Assembly: GCA_965153355.1 (NCBI GenBank)
Contig: OZ231126.1
Coordinates: 44,144,001-44,208,000, forward strand
Direction of reading: 5' to 3'
Source of the DNA: Flaccisagitta enflata
Taxonomy: Eukaryota
Length of the DNA stretch: 64,000 nt
A model generated the notes under the pieces. That model worked only from the letters and a program-made list of their open reading frames with translations, did not search any database and was not told the origin of the DNA. Below are positions 23,810 through 36,692 of the stretch, piece by piece (position 1 is the stretch's first letter; each line of letters starts with the position of its first letter). The position numbers and the translations under genes were made by a program.

Positions 23810-25806
23810 CAGTACGAGAATCAAAGAACTGGGTAACTGGAGGGAAGCCATATCTGTAAAACGGCTAGGATTCATGATCAAATTTTTTACCACAAAATGC
23901 ACCTATAGGTGTACTATGATGTTTAAGGTTTTGGAGCCATTCCAACAAATTCATTTTTTTTTGTCCAAAATTTTTTTTTCTGTTTTTGGCGGATTTTGAC
24001 TACAAAAATTACACTAAAAGAAAATTCTTTCATATGTATGTTAGTTAGATACGTTAACACACATTTCATTTTTTGTTGGGGATTTTCCACCAATTTTTGT
24101 GGCTATGGCACCCAAAACTCAAAAAACACAAAAAGTGGGATATTTCCAAAGATTTTCAATAAAATCCCTTGATTTTTGGTGTGGTAGTAGTTTTAGGATT
24201 CACTAATAAGTGTGCAAAATTTCAGCTCTTAAAATGAATTTTTGATATGGTTATGAAATTTTAAATTTTTCACAAAATGCAATGTAGGACGATTTTTGGT
24301 CAAAAATTTTTTTTTCAAATAAAAAGATTTTGCCAATTGTTATTTTTTGATAAAATAAATAACAAATTAAGAGTTTCTAAAAAATTTTTTGAACTAGCCC
24401 TCTTAGAAAAATTTTTTTTTTTCAAAATTTGTGAAAATGACCCATTTTTTGAAGTTGAATAAAAACTGTTCCTGTCATCCGATCATGTTCATTTTTTGTG
24501 GAGTTGTTACCTGTTATCTACCCTAACTTCACCTAAAATTTTAGCTCCCTGCGACTAACGGTTGCAGAGATATTGACGTTCAAAGTTACTTTGTCAGAGC
24601 AAAATCAGCAAAATTGGCATTTTGGCCATTTTTAAGCTTGCATGAAATTGTATTTTTTCCTTCACACACCTCCATTTTGGCTGAAGTTACTCATGTTTAT
24701 GCATATATTCATATTGCAAAATTTCACACTTGTCAGTCAAGCCGTTTTACAGTTATGGTGGTCCAAAGTTTCAAAAAATGCAAATTTTTCAATTAAATCT
24801 TAGGCGGAAAAATCAGCAAAAATTTCAAAAAAAGGTCTCCAAGGGGTCTAAAATTAGAAATAATTTTATTTTCCAACTCAAAACCCTGATGAAAGCTTTT
24901 TTAAAATTTTTGAAAAATTTTCTGTAGTTTTTTGTTGAAAAATTTGCATTTTTGAAACTTTGACCACTCTACTGTAAACAGCTGACTGACAAGAAGTGTA
25001 ATTTTGCAGAGCCATATGAGCATGAAGCAATTCAGCCAAAAAGAAGGTGTGAGGAAAAAATACAATTGTCTGAAAGCTCAAAAATGGCGGAATTACTGTT
25101 TTATTTATTTTTGCTCTGACAAAAATCTAACACGAGAACCGTGTCTTCTCCGCAGCCATTAATGCAGTGAGCTCAGTGCTAGGTGAGGATCAGGTAGTGA
25201 CAGTACTCATAAACAAGTGTCAGGATGACAGGTGAAACCCTTATTCAACTTCAAAAAAAATAGTCATTTACAAATGAAAAAAATTTTTTCTAAGAGGGCT
25301 GGTTCAAAATTTAGAAACTCTTTAGTTTGTTATTTGTTTTATCAAAATAACTATTGTCATTTATTGAAAAATTTTGACAAAAACTATCTACATTACATTT
25401 TAATGAAATTTAAATTTATAACCATATCAAAATTCATTTAAAGAACAAATTTTATGCACTTGTTGAATCTAAAACCATACCACATCAAGAGTCAGGGATT
25501 TTATTGAAAATATTAAATATCAACTGTGTTTTTTGGTTTATGCCATAACCACAAAAATTGACGGAAAATCCCTAGCAAAAATGAAATTTGTGTAGTCTAA
25601 CTAACGTGCATGAAATTTTTTTAGTGTGTTTTTATTGGTTAAAATCGGCCAAACAGAAAACTGGACAAAAAATGTTGTTGGAATATCTAAAACCTTTGGC
25701 AACATAGTACGCTATGTATACATTTTGTAGTAAATTGATCATGAAGCCTAGCCGTTTTGCAGATATGGCTTCCCTCCAGTTACCCAGTTCTTTGATTCTC
25801 GTACTG
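23810..25806. mobile_element. 2-kb foldback element with TA TSD (Tc1/mariner-type non-autonomous)
   Basis: TA|CAGTACGAGAATCAAAGAACTGGG...CCCAGTTCTTTGATTCTCGTACTG|TA; arms about 1 kb, centre near 24850; empty site seen in the paralog at about 16022-16040. Confidence 0.88.
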
Positions 25807-26084
25807 TAGTGCAGCTGGTTTTGCACCTGGATTATTGATGATAAGAAAAAAAATCAAAATCCATTGGTTTTCTTATTCCTTATATTGAGGAAAATTAGTG
25901 AAAATCTTCTGCTTTTATACAAGAAGACTTAGTAATAGAAAAAAATATAATTTTTTAAATAATATATCGGTTTTATTTTCAACAAAACTTGGTACAGTTG
26001 CTAGAAGTACATATATTTTTGACAATATTTACATGCGCTAAAAAAATAAAAAATGAGTGAAATTGAAAAAATTAATGTAATTGT

Positions 26085-26745
26085 CAGAGATCCGGATCCG
26101 GAACCGGATCTAGAGCCAGATGCGATGGACGCGGTAATTATGCAGGGACGTGGGCGCGGAGGCGATCAGAGCTGTGAGTCTCATAGGAAACGCGGACCCG
26201 GAGCCGGTTGCAATTGTGCAACCCAAGACGCGGACGCGGACGCGGCCGCGGTTATCTCAAACTTTCTTTCCAATTCCTTTTTTTCTGTCTACCTTTTTTT
26301 TCTTCCTCATTTTTTCTTTCTTCCTCTTCTTTCTCTCTGCCTTTCTTTCTTTCACTCATTGTTTGCTTGTTTCATCGTTTCTGATTATGTTTTTTTACTT
26401 TGTTTCCCAAACTGTCCCTTTTTATATTTTTTTTTCTTTCCTTCAATTTTCCCTTTACTTTTTCTCTCGTCTTTTCCCTTTGTTTTCCTTCAGTTCTTTT
26501 TTTCTTTCTTACTTTACGTTTGCCAAACGTCCCATTTTCTTTCTGTCTATTTTCCTTTCTTTCTATTTTCCTTTTTTCATGTTTCCTTTTTTTCTTTTTT
26601 TTTCCTCTTTTTCTTTCTTTCTGTTTTTCTTTCTATCTTCCCACTTTCCTGTCTGTCCCTGTTTTCCTTCTCTCCGTTTTTCTTTTTTTCCATTTTCTTT
26701 CTTTCTTTCTGTCTTTCTTTCTCCCTTTCTCTCTCTCTCTCTCTT

Positions 26746-26818
<73 letters not shown>

Positions 26819-28346
26819 GCTCTCTCTCTCTCTCTTTCTCTTTCTTTTGGCTTGAGCTGAAGGAAACGAAAGTCCTATATGAGAACACAAGAGGACTTTG
26901 GATTGTCATTCCGTTCGTCCGTCCGTTCGTCCGTTCGTCCCCCAGTGCCCTCTCAGGCCTGAAATCTGCCCCTTTCAGGCCTGAAATTTGCCCTCTCCAG
27001 GCCTGAAGTCTCTTCTCAGGCCTTGGTCTGCCCTCGGCCTTTAATCTGCACCCTCCCAGGCCTGAAATCTGTCCTCTCTGGCCTTGGGAATCTGCTCTCC
27101 CACAGGTGGGGCTGGGGGCAGATTTCAGGTGTGAGAGGGTATTCAGGCACAGAAAAAGGAAGAGGGGAGATTTCAGGCCTGAGAGGGCCTGGGGGGGTCG
27201 AACAGACGGACGAACGGACGAGCGAACGGACAAAAGTCCCCTGTGTTCTACAGGACCGTCCCCTTGGGCCGCTACGTGCTCCTCTCACTCATTCACAATC
27301 ATGCAAGCAGAGACATGATATCCATGACCACATATTGCCCAGCAGCCTGAAGGGACAGAGTCCTGTAAGACACAGAGAGGGAATCTGTCTGTCCGTCCGT
27401 CCATCCCCCCCTGCCCTACTAAAGCCTAAGTCTCCTTTGGTGCCCAAATCCAAACTTTGTATAGCTGAAATCAATAAAAATGGTCAAATCCAGCCAAAAT
27501 GGGCCAATCCAGGCAAAATGGCCTAAGACCAGGTAAAATGGGCCTTATCTGGCTAGAAAACCTGAATTCTGGCCTGATTTCTATCATCTTGGCCCCTTAA
27601 ACTTAGATTCTGGCTCCAAAAACCCACATCCAAGCCTTAGAGACCCAGATCCTGACCTTTGGGACCCAGATTCTGACCTTCAAGACCTGGGTGCTGGCCT
27701 GGAAGACCTAAATCCTAGCCTCAGAGGACCAAATTCTGACCTCAGAAACTGAAATCCTTGCCTCTGAGACCAAGAAGTGGTCTCTGAGGCCCAGATTCTG
27801 GCCTCAGAGACCCAGATCCTGGCAGTCTTTGTGAGCAGTGCCTCAGCAACCTACAAACTATACAAAAATGGCAAAGTGCATTATTCCATATTTTACTTTG
27901 TCAGTTCTCCTTAATATTCAATGAAAATTTGAATAACAGGGCATCTGGACAGAAAGGCGAGCCATAGGAGACGAGATGGAGCGGACAACGGATGGACAGA
28001 CGGACAGGTTACCTGTGATCTGCAAGGACTTACAAATGTGGGAGCGCCGCCCTGCTCCTCTCCTTCATCACTTCCTACTCAAGCAGACACTGAGTGCCCT
28101 TCTGACCACTACTGCCACTTTGGGCTGCTATTTTTCTTCCTTCCTTCCTTTCTTTCTTCTTCCTTCCTTTCTTTCTTCCTCCTTCCTTTCTTTCTTCTTT
28201 TCTTTTTCTTTTTTTCGCTTTCCTTCTTCCTTTCTCTCTTTCTTTTTTTTCTTTCTTTCTTTTTTTTCACTTTTTCATTCTTTTAATCTTTCATTCTCTC
28301 TTTTATTCCTTCATTCTTTCATTCTTTCATTCTTTCATTCTTTCAT

Positions 28347-28378
<32 letters not shown>

Positions 28379-28823
28379 TTTTTCTTTCAAAATTGTAGGC
28401 TTGTGTTTTTTTGTTGTCTTTTTTGACATTCTTTCACTCTTCCATTCATTCATTCATTCTCCCATTCATGAATTCATTCATGCATTCATCCATGCATTCA
28501 TTTATTCATTCATTCATTCATTCATTCATTCATTCATTCATTCATTCTTTGTTTTTGTCGTTTTAAACTATAGAATAGTCATTGAAGGTAATTAGATAAA
28601 AAAAAATCACTAGATAAGACGCAGATGTGGAAATGACGCGGAAGCGGCAAAAAATCCAGGAGGCGGAGGTGGAGCCGGAGGTGGAATTTTAGGCAGGGAG
28701 GACGCCGAACCGGAACTGGGGGGGAAAAGGAAGTCTAAAGACGCGGAATGGATTGGAGCCGGCACTTTCCTTGGTGGATAAGGAGTGGTCGCGGGGTGAT
28801 ATTTACCGCGACCAAGGCCTCTG
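26085..28823. mobile_element. hAT-like element swollen by simple repeats and family B elements
   Basis: CAGAG...CTCTG ends; exact 8-bp TSD GTAATTGT (26077-26084, 28824-28831); subterminal GCCGGA/GACGCG repeats. Confidence 0.78.
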
Positions 28824-28913
28824 GTAATTGTAATTAGTGACTCCATACTCCCTAATGATGATGATGAGCTGATCAGAAGACCTTTTGCAAATTGACACAC
28901 CCGAATAAGGCAG

Positions 28914-29344
28914 TTGTCATTGTGGCTAGGCGTCAATATTTTAAGTAGGAGGAGTCACAGATAATTTTGAGTAGGAGATGGGGAAAGACTTGGTGGGCGC
29001 TATGCAGGCAGGATAACATCTAGAGGGCTGTGGTGGGACCAATAGATGACTTTTTGATCCTTTGATGTACTTGAGCGGACTAGCTGATGACTTCTGTATC
29101 TGATCAATACGATCAATACGCCTAAACTGGATTTCCAACTGTCATCTTGGTCACCATTTTCGAGCTCAGCTGCAGCAGTCGGACCTTTATCATGGGCAGA
29201 CAGGCACTTTCATGCAATATTTTCTGGCTGACATATCTGGGCCGACGGAGATAGGTAGTAATGGCTCAATTCTGAATTTTCTGCATTATGTCAAGTGTAC
29301 TATCTGGGGAGTGGACAAAACAGACAGACCCATACTCAAAGATT

Positions 29345-29346
<2 letters not shown>
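28914..29346 (-). mobile_element. 5'-truncated LINE (I/Jockey group) ORF2 C-terminal fragment
   Basis: Minus-strand translation SIFEYGSVCFVHSPDSTLDIMQKIQN*AITTYLRRPRYVSQKILHESACLPMIKVRLLQL matches the post-RT helical region of LINEs; contains stops. Confidence 0.7.
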
Positions 29347-29426
<80 letters not shown>

Positions 29427-30960
29427 GTAAAAAAGTGAGAAGGATGAATAATACGGAGAAAGACGAATTAAAGAAAGATAGAAAGTTATGTGGGTAAGAA
29501 AAATGAATGAAAGAAAGGACTAACGATAGCATGAAAGAAGAATGAACGAAAAAGAAATCAAGATACTATGAAAGATGAAAGAAAGAGTAAAAAAAGCTAG
29601 AAAGATAGGGAACAAGGCCAAGTGGGCCAATAAGGTGCGATGTGTGGATCGTCAAACGAATGCGTTACCAACCAACCGACCGACCAAAGGACACAGCCAG
29701 TTATAGAGGTGCTTTGTCGCACCTAAAAACAGAAGGCCGGATACACGGGCCGAGGCGGTGCGCCGGCGTTATTAATTCTTAGACCTATCCCTAGCTTTAT
29801 CACACTTATCCCAAGCTCTATTGACCTGACCGTGGATGAATATGATAATGAGTGAAAAGCCATGAAATAGTATGACTTCTTAGATCTATCCCGAGCTCTA
29901 TCAGACCTACTGTATCCCAAGATCTCCGAGACTTAACCATCAATGCAATGGATATGAGTTGAACAACATTACATTACAACCTGGGCCGAGCCGAGATATT
30001 CTGGGTTTGTTCCGCATTCTGAATGAAGGGTTGTATCGGGTTTTAACGGTATTTTGGTGCTCGGCCGGGATGGAACGATAAGGAGGTGATGGAGGAGGAG
30101 GAGGAGGTGTTGAACCCGTACAGACTAAAAGCCCGTTGACGCCATCATGTTTTTTGCTCTTTTACCCGACCTACGTTTGCGCCCTCTAGTCAATTCCCTT
30201 TTATCCCACGGTGGCGTTACTGGTCCTCTTCCTCTTCCCCAACATTTGCCCCCTACAATCCCCTACCTTTGAACATTGCCCATTCTCATAGGCAATCTTG
30301 CTGCTGCCCTGCTTTAATAAAGACCTGTCACTATCATCCTGATTTTTGTGCCATTTTTCCAGCCCAGACTCTAGTGGAGATATTTTGCCCAAAGAGGCCC
30401 AAAGAGAGTTATGAAACTGCCTCTGTAAGTGATAAGTCTACAGACATTACAGCTTTTGCTTGGGAGGTTTGTTTTGTGGGTGACCTTCCCGCTTCATCGC
30501 CATTTGGGTTGCAGAGGACGTCCCTGCCCAGTGGCAGATCTTGGAGACAGCCGTATCCTCAGAGACGACGTGAGTATCCTGCCATTGCCCGATGCCTAGC
30601 CCAGTTTTGGGTTTTGTTTGTCTGTTTGTCGCGTTTCTATAGAGGAGGAGGAGGAAGAAGAGTAGTGGCTAATGAAACAGTGAGTTGTGCATAGAGCAAT
30701 TACAACCAGGGGAGGAGTGCAGAAGATGTGTGAAGACCCGCTTTGTCGGTCTGTTGGTCCGTCAGTCCATCCGTTGGTCCGTGGGTCTGTCTGTTTGTTA
30801 CTTTTTTTTGGCTTTTTGCAGTTTTTGGCTTCACTGCTCCTGCCCAATTGATCAAGTGGCCTCAAATACGGCTCCTGCCTACCCGCACTCTACTGGGGTA
30901 GCCGTGCATCCGGCCTTGTTCAATTATATCTCAAAATATCCTCTGTGTATCCAAGCGCGC

Positions 30961-31060
<100 letters not shown>

Positions 31061-31637
31061 CAGAATATGGATATAGCTCATGGCGGGACTGATAAGAGCC
31101 ATGAGCAGTGATTGATATTTGCATCTTTGGATTAGTCATAGATAATCATTGTTATCACTGATCACCGATTGCCATTCATTGCCCTTTGATGCTATCATTG
31201 CTATTTGGTTATATCTTTGATATCTCTTGGTTTCATAGTTGATAGCAGATTCAGGGGCTCCTATTAGGCGGTAATTAGCTGCTCGCATAGTTCGCTTAGC
31301 TCATCAGTAAGGGCCTATATCTTGCAGGTCCTTACCTTCTTCCACGTAGGCTTCTTGCTTGCACGCTTGCTCGCTCGCCGGAATGCTTGCTTGAATCTTA
31401 ATGTAGGTACTTAACTATTGAATGTTCTCTTAAGGAGTCTTCATTTAATAATTGGTTCTCTGCTAGGAACTATGCAAAGAAATACATGATGGAAGGTAAA
31501 CACGCGGGAAGAAAGATGTAACCGAACGGGCCTCTATTCCAGACAGCTATCTTAGAGTCTTAATATCATATCCAGGCATAAAAGCCACAGGGGACAATGT
31601 AAGGTTTAGAACTAGAGATACAAAGACATAGCAAATA

Positions 31638-32531
31638 TCATGATTGAGGACATCCCTTACATCTTTACCTATAAGCAATGAAATACAAATGATAAGGAAC
31701 AGCAAATGTGAAATTTAATAATGTCACTTTAATAACAGTCTTTATAGTTGATCCCACAGCTCAGCCCATTGCACAGAATTGGCTCTTATATGCTTTTACC
31801 CTTCATAAGTTTTTAGTCCCTAAAAACACGATTGTTCCTGGCTATTTCAAGAATGAAACGTAAGCCAGTGGAGTGGTTCTTGCTTCATCGCAGCGAAATG
31901 AGAGATCGTCATTGGCATTGGCCTCAGTTGTTGCTCGTCGGTTGACATGCGGGAAGGAGGAGGTTATGATTGATAAGCAAAAAGCGGTAATGATTAAACG
32001 GTGTACAACATAGGAGTCATACGTAACTCGGCTCACCCGACGGAGCAGGTGCTGATGCCTGCACCGATGCCTGCACCGAGTATCCTCCAACGCTGCCTGC
32101 TGAATCCCAGGTCTTGTGCGCGGACAGAAACCGGTGACGCCAACACCGCTGGCGCTGCAGAACAGTTGAGATTTTGCGCGTTGAAGGGTAGCCTGTGATA
32201 CGCAACAATCACAATGTCTTGGCGGCTGCAGAAAGGCTAGAAACGGTGTTGTAAACACCATTTTTGTTTGAGAGATTGGAAAAGCTGACAGCGAGATCCG
32301 GAGCCAGACGTAATTTGTCGGATAGCAGACCACTCCAATTACTTTGGCAGTTTTGCACTGGTTAGAACACCAATGAAATCTTCATGATTGAGGACATCCC
32401 TTACATCTTTACCTAAAAGCAATGAAATACAAATGATAAGGAACAGCGAATGTGAAATTTAATGTCGCTTTTAGAACAGTCTTTATAGTTGATCCCACAG
32501 CTCAGCGCATTGCACAGAATTGGCTCTTATA
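31638..32531. repeat. Pair of about 150-bp direct repeats (31638-31790, 32382-32531) flanking about 590 bp of GC-richer sequence
   Basis: Near-identical 'tcatgattgaggacatcccttacatc...gaattggctcttata' read twice. Confidence 0.85.
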
Positions 32532-32720
32532 CATCATCCTTATTCATCATCCATCTGTTCTACTTTCAGATAGCTGCTCATTTAGGAGCGTATCCCTTCG
32601 TTAGCTGAACTCTATCTCTGGCAGGCTCTGCCTAGAGCATCATAAGGATATTTTTCTTTGGGTCTACGGAGAAGCCTGGACGTCTCTGGAAGGTAGAAAG
32701 CTTGCAAGATCTGGCCTCCT

Positions 32721-32800
<80 letters not shown>

Positions 32801-33184
32801 CAGAGACAGAGACAGACAAACTAACAGACTGATTAAAAGACAGATGAACACACAGACAGATTGAGAAAGAAACATTGACGCGAACAACTCTCTGATAATA
32901 ATCTCATTACAAATGGAGAGAAATGAAGTCTTTCTTCTTAATTCAAAAACTAAACTACTAATTAAACTTCTATGTCTTACTGTTCCGTCCCCGACACGGA
33001 ACTGCAATGAATCAAATTTTACCGACACACAGCGGAAAATGGTGTTGTTGTTGCGCCCCCCGGCACAGTGAATTTCCGCCATTTTACGCTCAGGCCAGAT
33101 TACAACCAAGGATTTAAAGAAACAAGCCCAAGAGGGCAACAGTCGCGTGCGTCTGGAAATGACAAACAAAAGAGTTCCTCCCGC

Positions 33185-33567
33185 CAAGGCCGCGCGCCAT
33201 GTATTGATACAATGTCGATACAATATCGATACAATATTGATACAATACAATACCCAAAATACCATAAAATACCCAGAGATAACCAAAAATACCCAAAGAT
33301 ACCTAAAAATACCCAAATATACCCAAAAATACTCAAAAATACCTAAAAGTACCCGAAAATATCTGAAAGTACCCTTAAGTTCCTTAGGAACCTAGAATAA
33401 CTTAAATACCCTAAAGTACCCTAAAGTACCCTGAGATATCCTAGAGTACCTTAAATTACCTTAAAAAACCTCAAAAAGTTATAATTTTGAAAATGTGACC
33501 TACGGACGGACCGACGGACGGACCGACCGACACGGCAAGTAGTAGAGTCGCGTGCACGCGACTAAAA
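33185..33567 (-). mobile_element. HINE-like family A copy with an AAAATACCCA-type 10-bp array
   Basis: Terminus agagtcgcgtgcacgcgactaaaaa, (GGAC/CGAC)n, caaggcc at the other end. Confidence 0.7.
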
Positions 33568-33653
33568 AGATGATGAGGAACAAATACTTTGGGGTTAAAA
33601 ACTGTTACCGGTGCGCGGTCCATGTGAAGGAGACGACCGCACTAGTTTGTACC

Positions 33654-33730
<77 letters not shown>

Positions 33731-34366
33731 TGTGTGTGTGTTTACTTCCTTTAAAAAAGACACGTTTTTGTTGATTTGATGTTTGACCTTTAACCTCATA
33801 ACAATTTGCAGTTCCCCGTCCTCTTTTTGTTATGCTGTCCGCCCCTGACTAAGGCCTTGCGGGTTTGGCCGTGAGAAGGCCGAGACTCGGTTTTAAGGCC
33901 TAACCCGAAATTCGGTTTTGCCTTCAGACTTTTTTTTCTATGATATTTTTACTACTATTTTGTTCTTTCAATCTTTCATTCATCAAATTATTTTGTATAT
34001 TTTTCTTCCTTAAATGATAATATTAGGTGTGTGTGTGTGAGATAGTCCGTCCCGTGTCTTGGGGGCGTGTCAAAACGGCCATTTATGAAGCTTGTGACAC
34101 AAAAAATGTGTCATTAACCCATGAAAAATATCGTTATGACACGGCTATTAAGCACCGTTACAAAACGATCTTTTTTTGGTGTTACAACACTTATGGCATG
34201 CCGCAGTTTTGAAACACTTTTTTGGGGGCTTTATACACGCGTTTCATACAGCTGGCATACCGATGCTAAAAAACTAAATGTAGCTACTATTTTCTTGTGT
34301 CAAGAGGCCCACTTTTTGCGTTTCTGAAACGCATAAATGTTAAGTTATATAACGACAGCATTTAGT

Positions 34367-34556
34367 GTTTCAGAAACGGCTTTTTTGGCGTTTCAGAAAC
34401 GGCCTTTTTGGCGTTACAGAAACGGCCTTTTTAGCGTTTCAGGAACGCCATTTTTGGCGTTTCAGAAACGCCATTTTTGGCGTTTCAGAAACGCCATTTT
34501 TGGCAATTTAGAAACGCCATTTTTGGCATTTCAGAAACGCCATTTTTGGCGTTTCA
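34367..34556. repeat. Tandem array of 23-bp self-complementary units GAAACGCCATTTTTGGCGTTTCA
   Basis: About 8 units read directly. Confidence 0.9.
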
Positions 34557-34774
34557 TAAACACTACAAGGTGAAGGAATGAAACACCACTTATAAGCGTT
34601 TGGTAAAAGATTGTTTTTGAAGCGCTCATTCTTATTGTAAAGGAAATGATTTGTTTTGACCAGAAAAGATAAAACAAAGCCAATACCAGTCCCTGACGGG
34701 TGGGCAGGAAATGCTTGTTTTCTCTACTTGTGCACACAGACTAACAGACAGATGGATGGACAAAGCCTCTTATA

Positions 34775-35182
34775 CTACTCGACTCATAAAAAAAGCCGCA
34801 CTTTTAAATGGCAGATTGTCATACTGAATTTGAAAATAACTAATCAAAATCTCAGATCATTAGAAAGCTCTTGAAAAGATCTTTCATCGGGCTCTAATCT
34901 GGAAATTCTAGCTTTATTCGTTTAGAAATGGCATAAGAATGAGTAAAAACATTGCCATTTTCAGTTTGCAATCCCATTGAAAAATAAGCATTTTTGCAAA
35001 TTAGAAGATAACTTTGACAAGCTCTAGCTCCTAAACCGTTTGAGATACAGATTTGGGATTGGTCTAAAATGAAAGAAAATTTGAAAATCTTTCAAATCAC
35101 TTTTGCAAAAAAATGTTCAAATGATTTGTTTTTCTTTTCCTTCCACTCAAAATGGGGTGCGGCTTTTTTTTTAGTCGCGTAG
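34775..35182. mobile_element. TA-flanked MITE nested in a family A element
   Basis: TA|CTACTCGACT..AAAAAAAGCCGCAC...GTGCGGCTTTTTTTTTAGTCGCGTAG|TA; splits the host consensus 'cctcttaTA|gag'. Confidence 0.7.
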
Positions 35183-36356
35183 TAGAGAAGCCAAACCGCA
35201 ACTAAAAAGGCCAGATACAGGGCTACCCCTGTCGCGTCAGGTGGTCAGGGGCCATATTTGAGGTCAGGGGAGCATTTGGGCAGGAGCGGCTGAAAAGTAA
35301 AGTGTGATTGACGGACAAATGGATGAATGGATGAATGGATGTATGGATGGATGGATGGATGGATGGACGGACCGACAAAGTGGGGTGTAGAGTCGCGTTG
35401 CACGCGACTGAAAACGACTAGAATACTAAAGCGGAGGAATGCAATGGATCCTTATTTTGCTAAAGAACAAGGCCAGAGACATGGCTACCTAGTTGCTGCC
35501 GGAGGGCAGGGGCAGCGATAAACAAGTCATCCAAGGATTGCACATGGTCAGCGGTGCCCGATGCCACGCTTGGAGTGATCAGCTGATGAGTAAGAGCAAG
35601 GTAGCGGCCCCAAAGGGCCGATGTCTTGTGGAACATCGGACCAACGGACCAATGGACCAACAGATCAACGGACTAATGGACCAATGGACCAACAGACCAA
35701 CGAACTAACGGAATAACCGACCAACGGACCTACGGACCAACGGACAAATGGACCAACAGATGAATAAAGCCTCTCATAGAGTTGCATGTCCGCAACTTAA
35801 AAGACGCTCTGCTGCGTACGTCCAGATAACAAGGCCGGATACACGGCCAATACCAGTCGCGGACGGGTGGGCAGGGGCGGAAATGCGAGTTTTCACACTT
35901 TCCAACTCGATCACCACGGACCAACCAACCGACCAACCAACCGACGGACGGACGGACGGACAAAGCCTCTTATAGAATCGCTAGTCCGCGACTAAAAAAA
36001 TGCTACTGTAAATCTTTTGAATGAAAAACTTTGATTTTTTGTTTTCATAGAAAAATGAAATGATTTTTTTGTTAGCTCTATCTTTACTCATTCTTTTTAG
36101 TCGCCTGCTACGCGACTCTACAACCCGCTTTGTCGGTCCGTCCATCTGTCCATTGGTCCGTTGGTCCGTCGCCTGTCACACTTTACTTTTTTTTTGTTTT
36201 TGCGGTCTTTGGCCTCAGTGCTCCTGCCCAAATGATGAAGCGACCTCAAATATGGCCCCTGCCCACCCGCATGCGACTAAAGTAGTAGAGTGGGCTCAAT
36301 TTGGGCATTGGAATGAAATATAATTTCCAAGCACGTTTCATGTTCCATTTGAATAT

Positions 36357-36692
36357 CAAGAGCCAAATCTCTTTGGAAAATCGATTTGGACTTGATCTAG
36401 GCACTCCATCATCAATGCTGTAGTTGCATAGAATAACTATGGAAGAAATTTCTCTCCTAACTCCAGCAATCAATTCTCTACAACTACAGCATTGATGACG
36501 GAGTGTCTAGATCAAGCCCAAATCGATTTGGACTTGATCTAGGCACTCCATCATCAATGCTGTAGTTGCATAGAATAACTATGGAAGAAATTTCTCTCCT
36601 AACTCCAGCAATCAATTCTCTACAACTACAGCATTGATGACGGAGTGTCTAGATCAAGCCCAAATCGATTTTCCAAAGAGATTGGGCTCTTA
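36357..36692. repeat. Palindromic element with an exact internal 142-bp tandem duplication
   Basis: AAATCGATTT occurs three times at 142-bp spacing; outer arms AGAGCCAAATCTCTTTGGAA / TTCCAAAGAGATTGGGCTCT. Confidence 0.85.

Larger units (their letters stand above)
23647..28904. mobile_element. MULE-like TIR element (5.26 kb including nested insertions)
   Basis: About 55-bp TIR TCGGGTGTGTCAAT.TGCAAAAGG...; exact 9-bp TSD ATAAGGCAG at 23638-23646 and 28905-28913. Confidence 0.85.

Noticed and set aside
26053-27006. 317-aa Phe/Ser/Leu-rich ORF
   Set aside because: Runs through an hAT end, T/C low-complexity DNA and (CT)n
31638-32531. Direct repeats as LTRs of a TRIM
   Set aside because: No TG...CA ends, PBS, PPT or TSD seen
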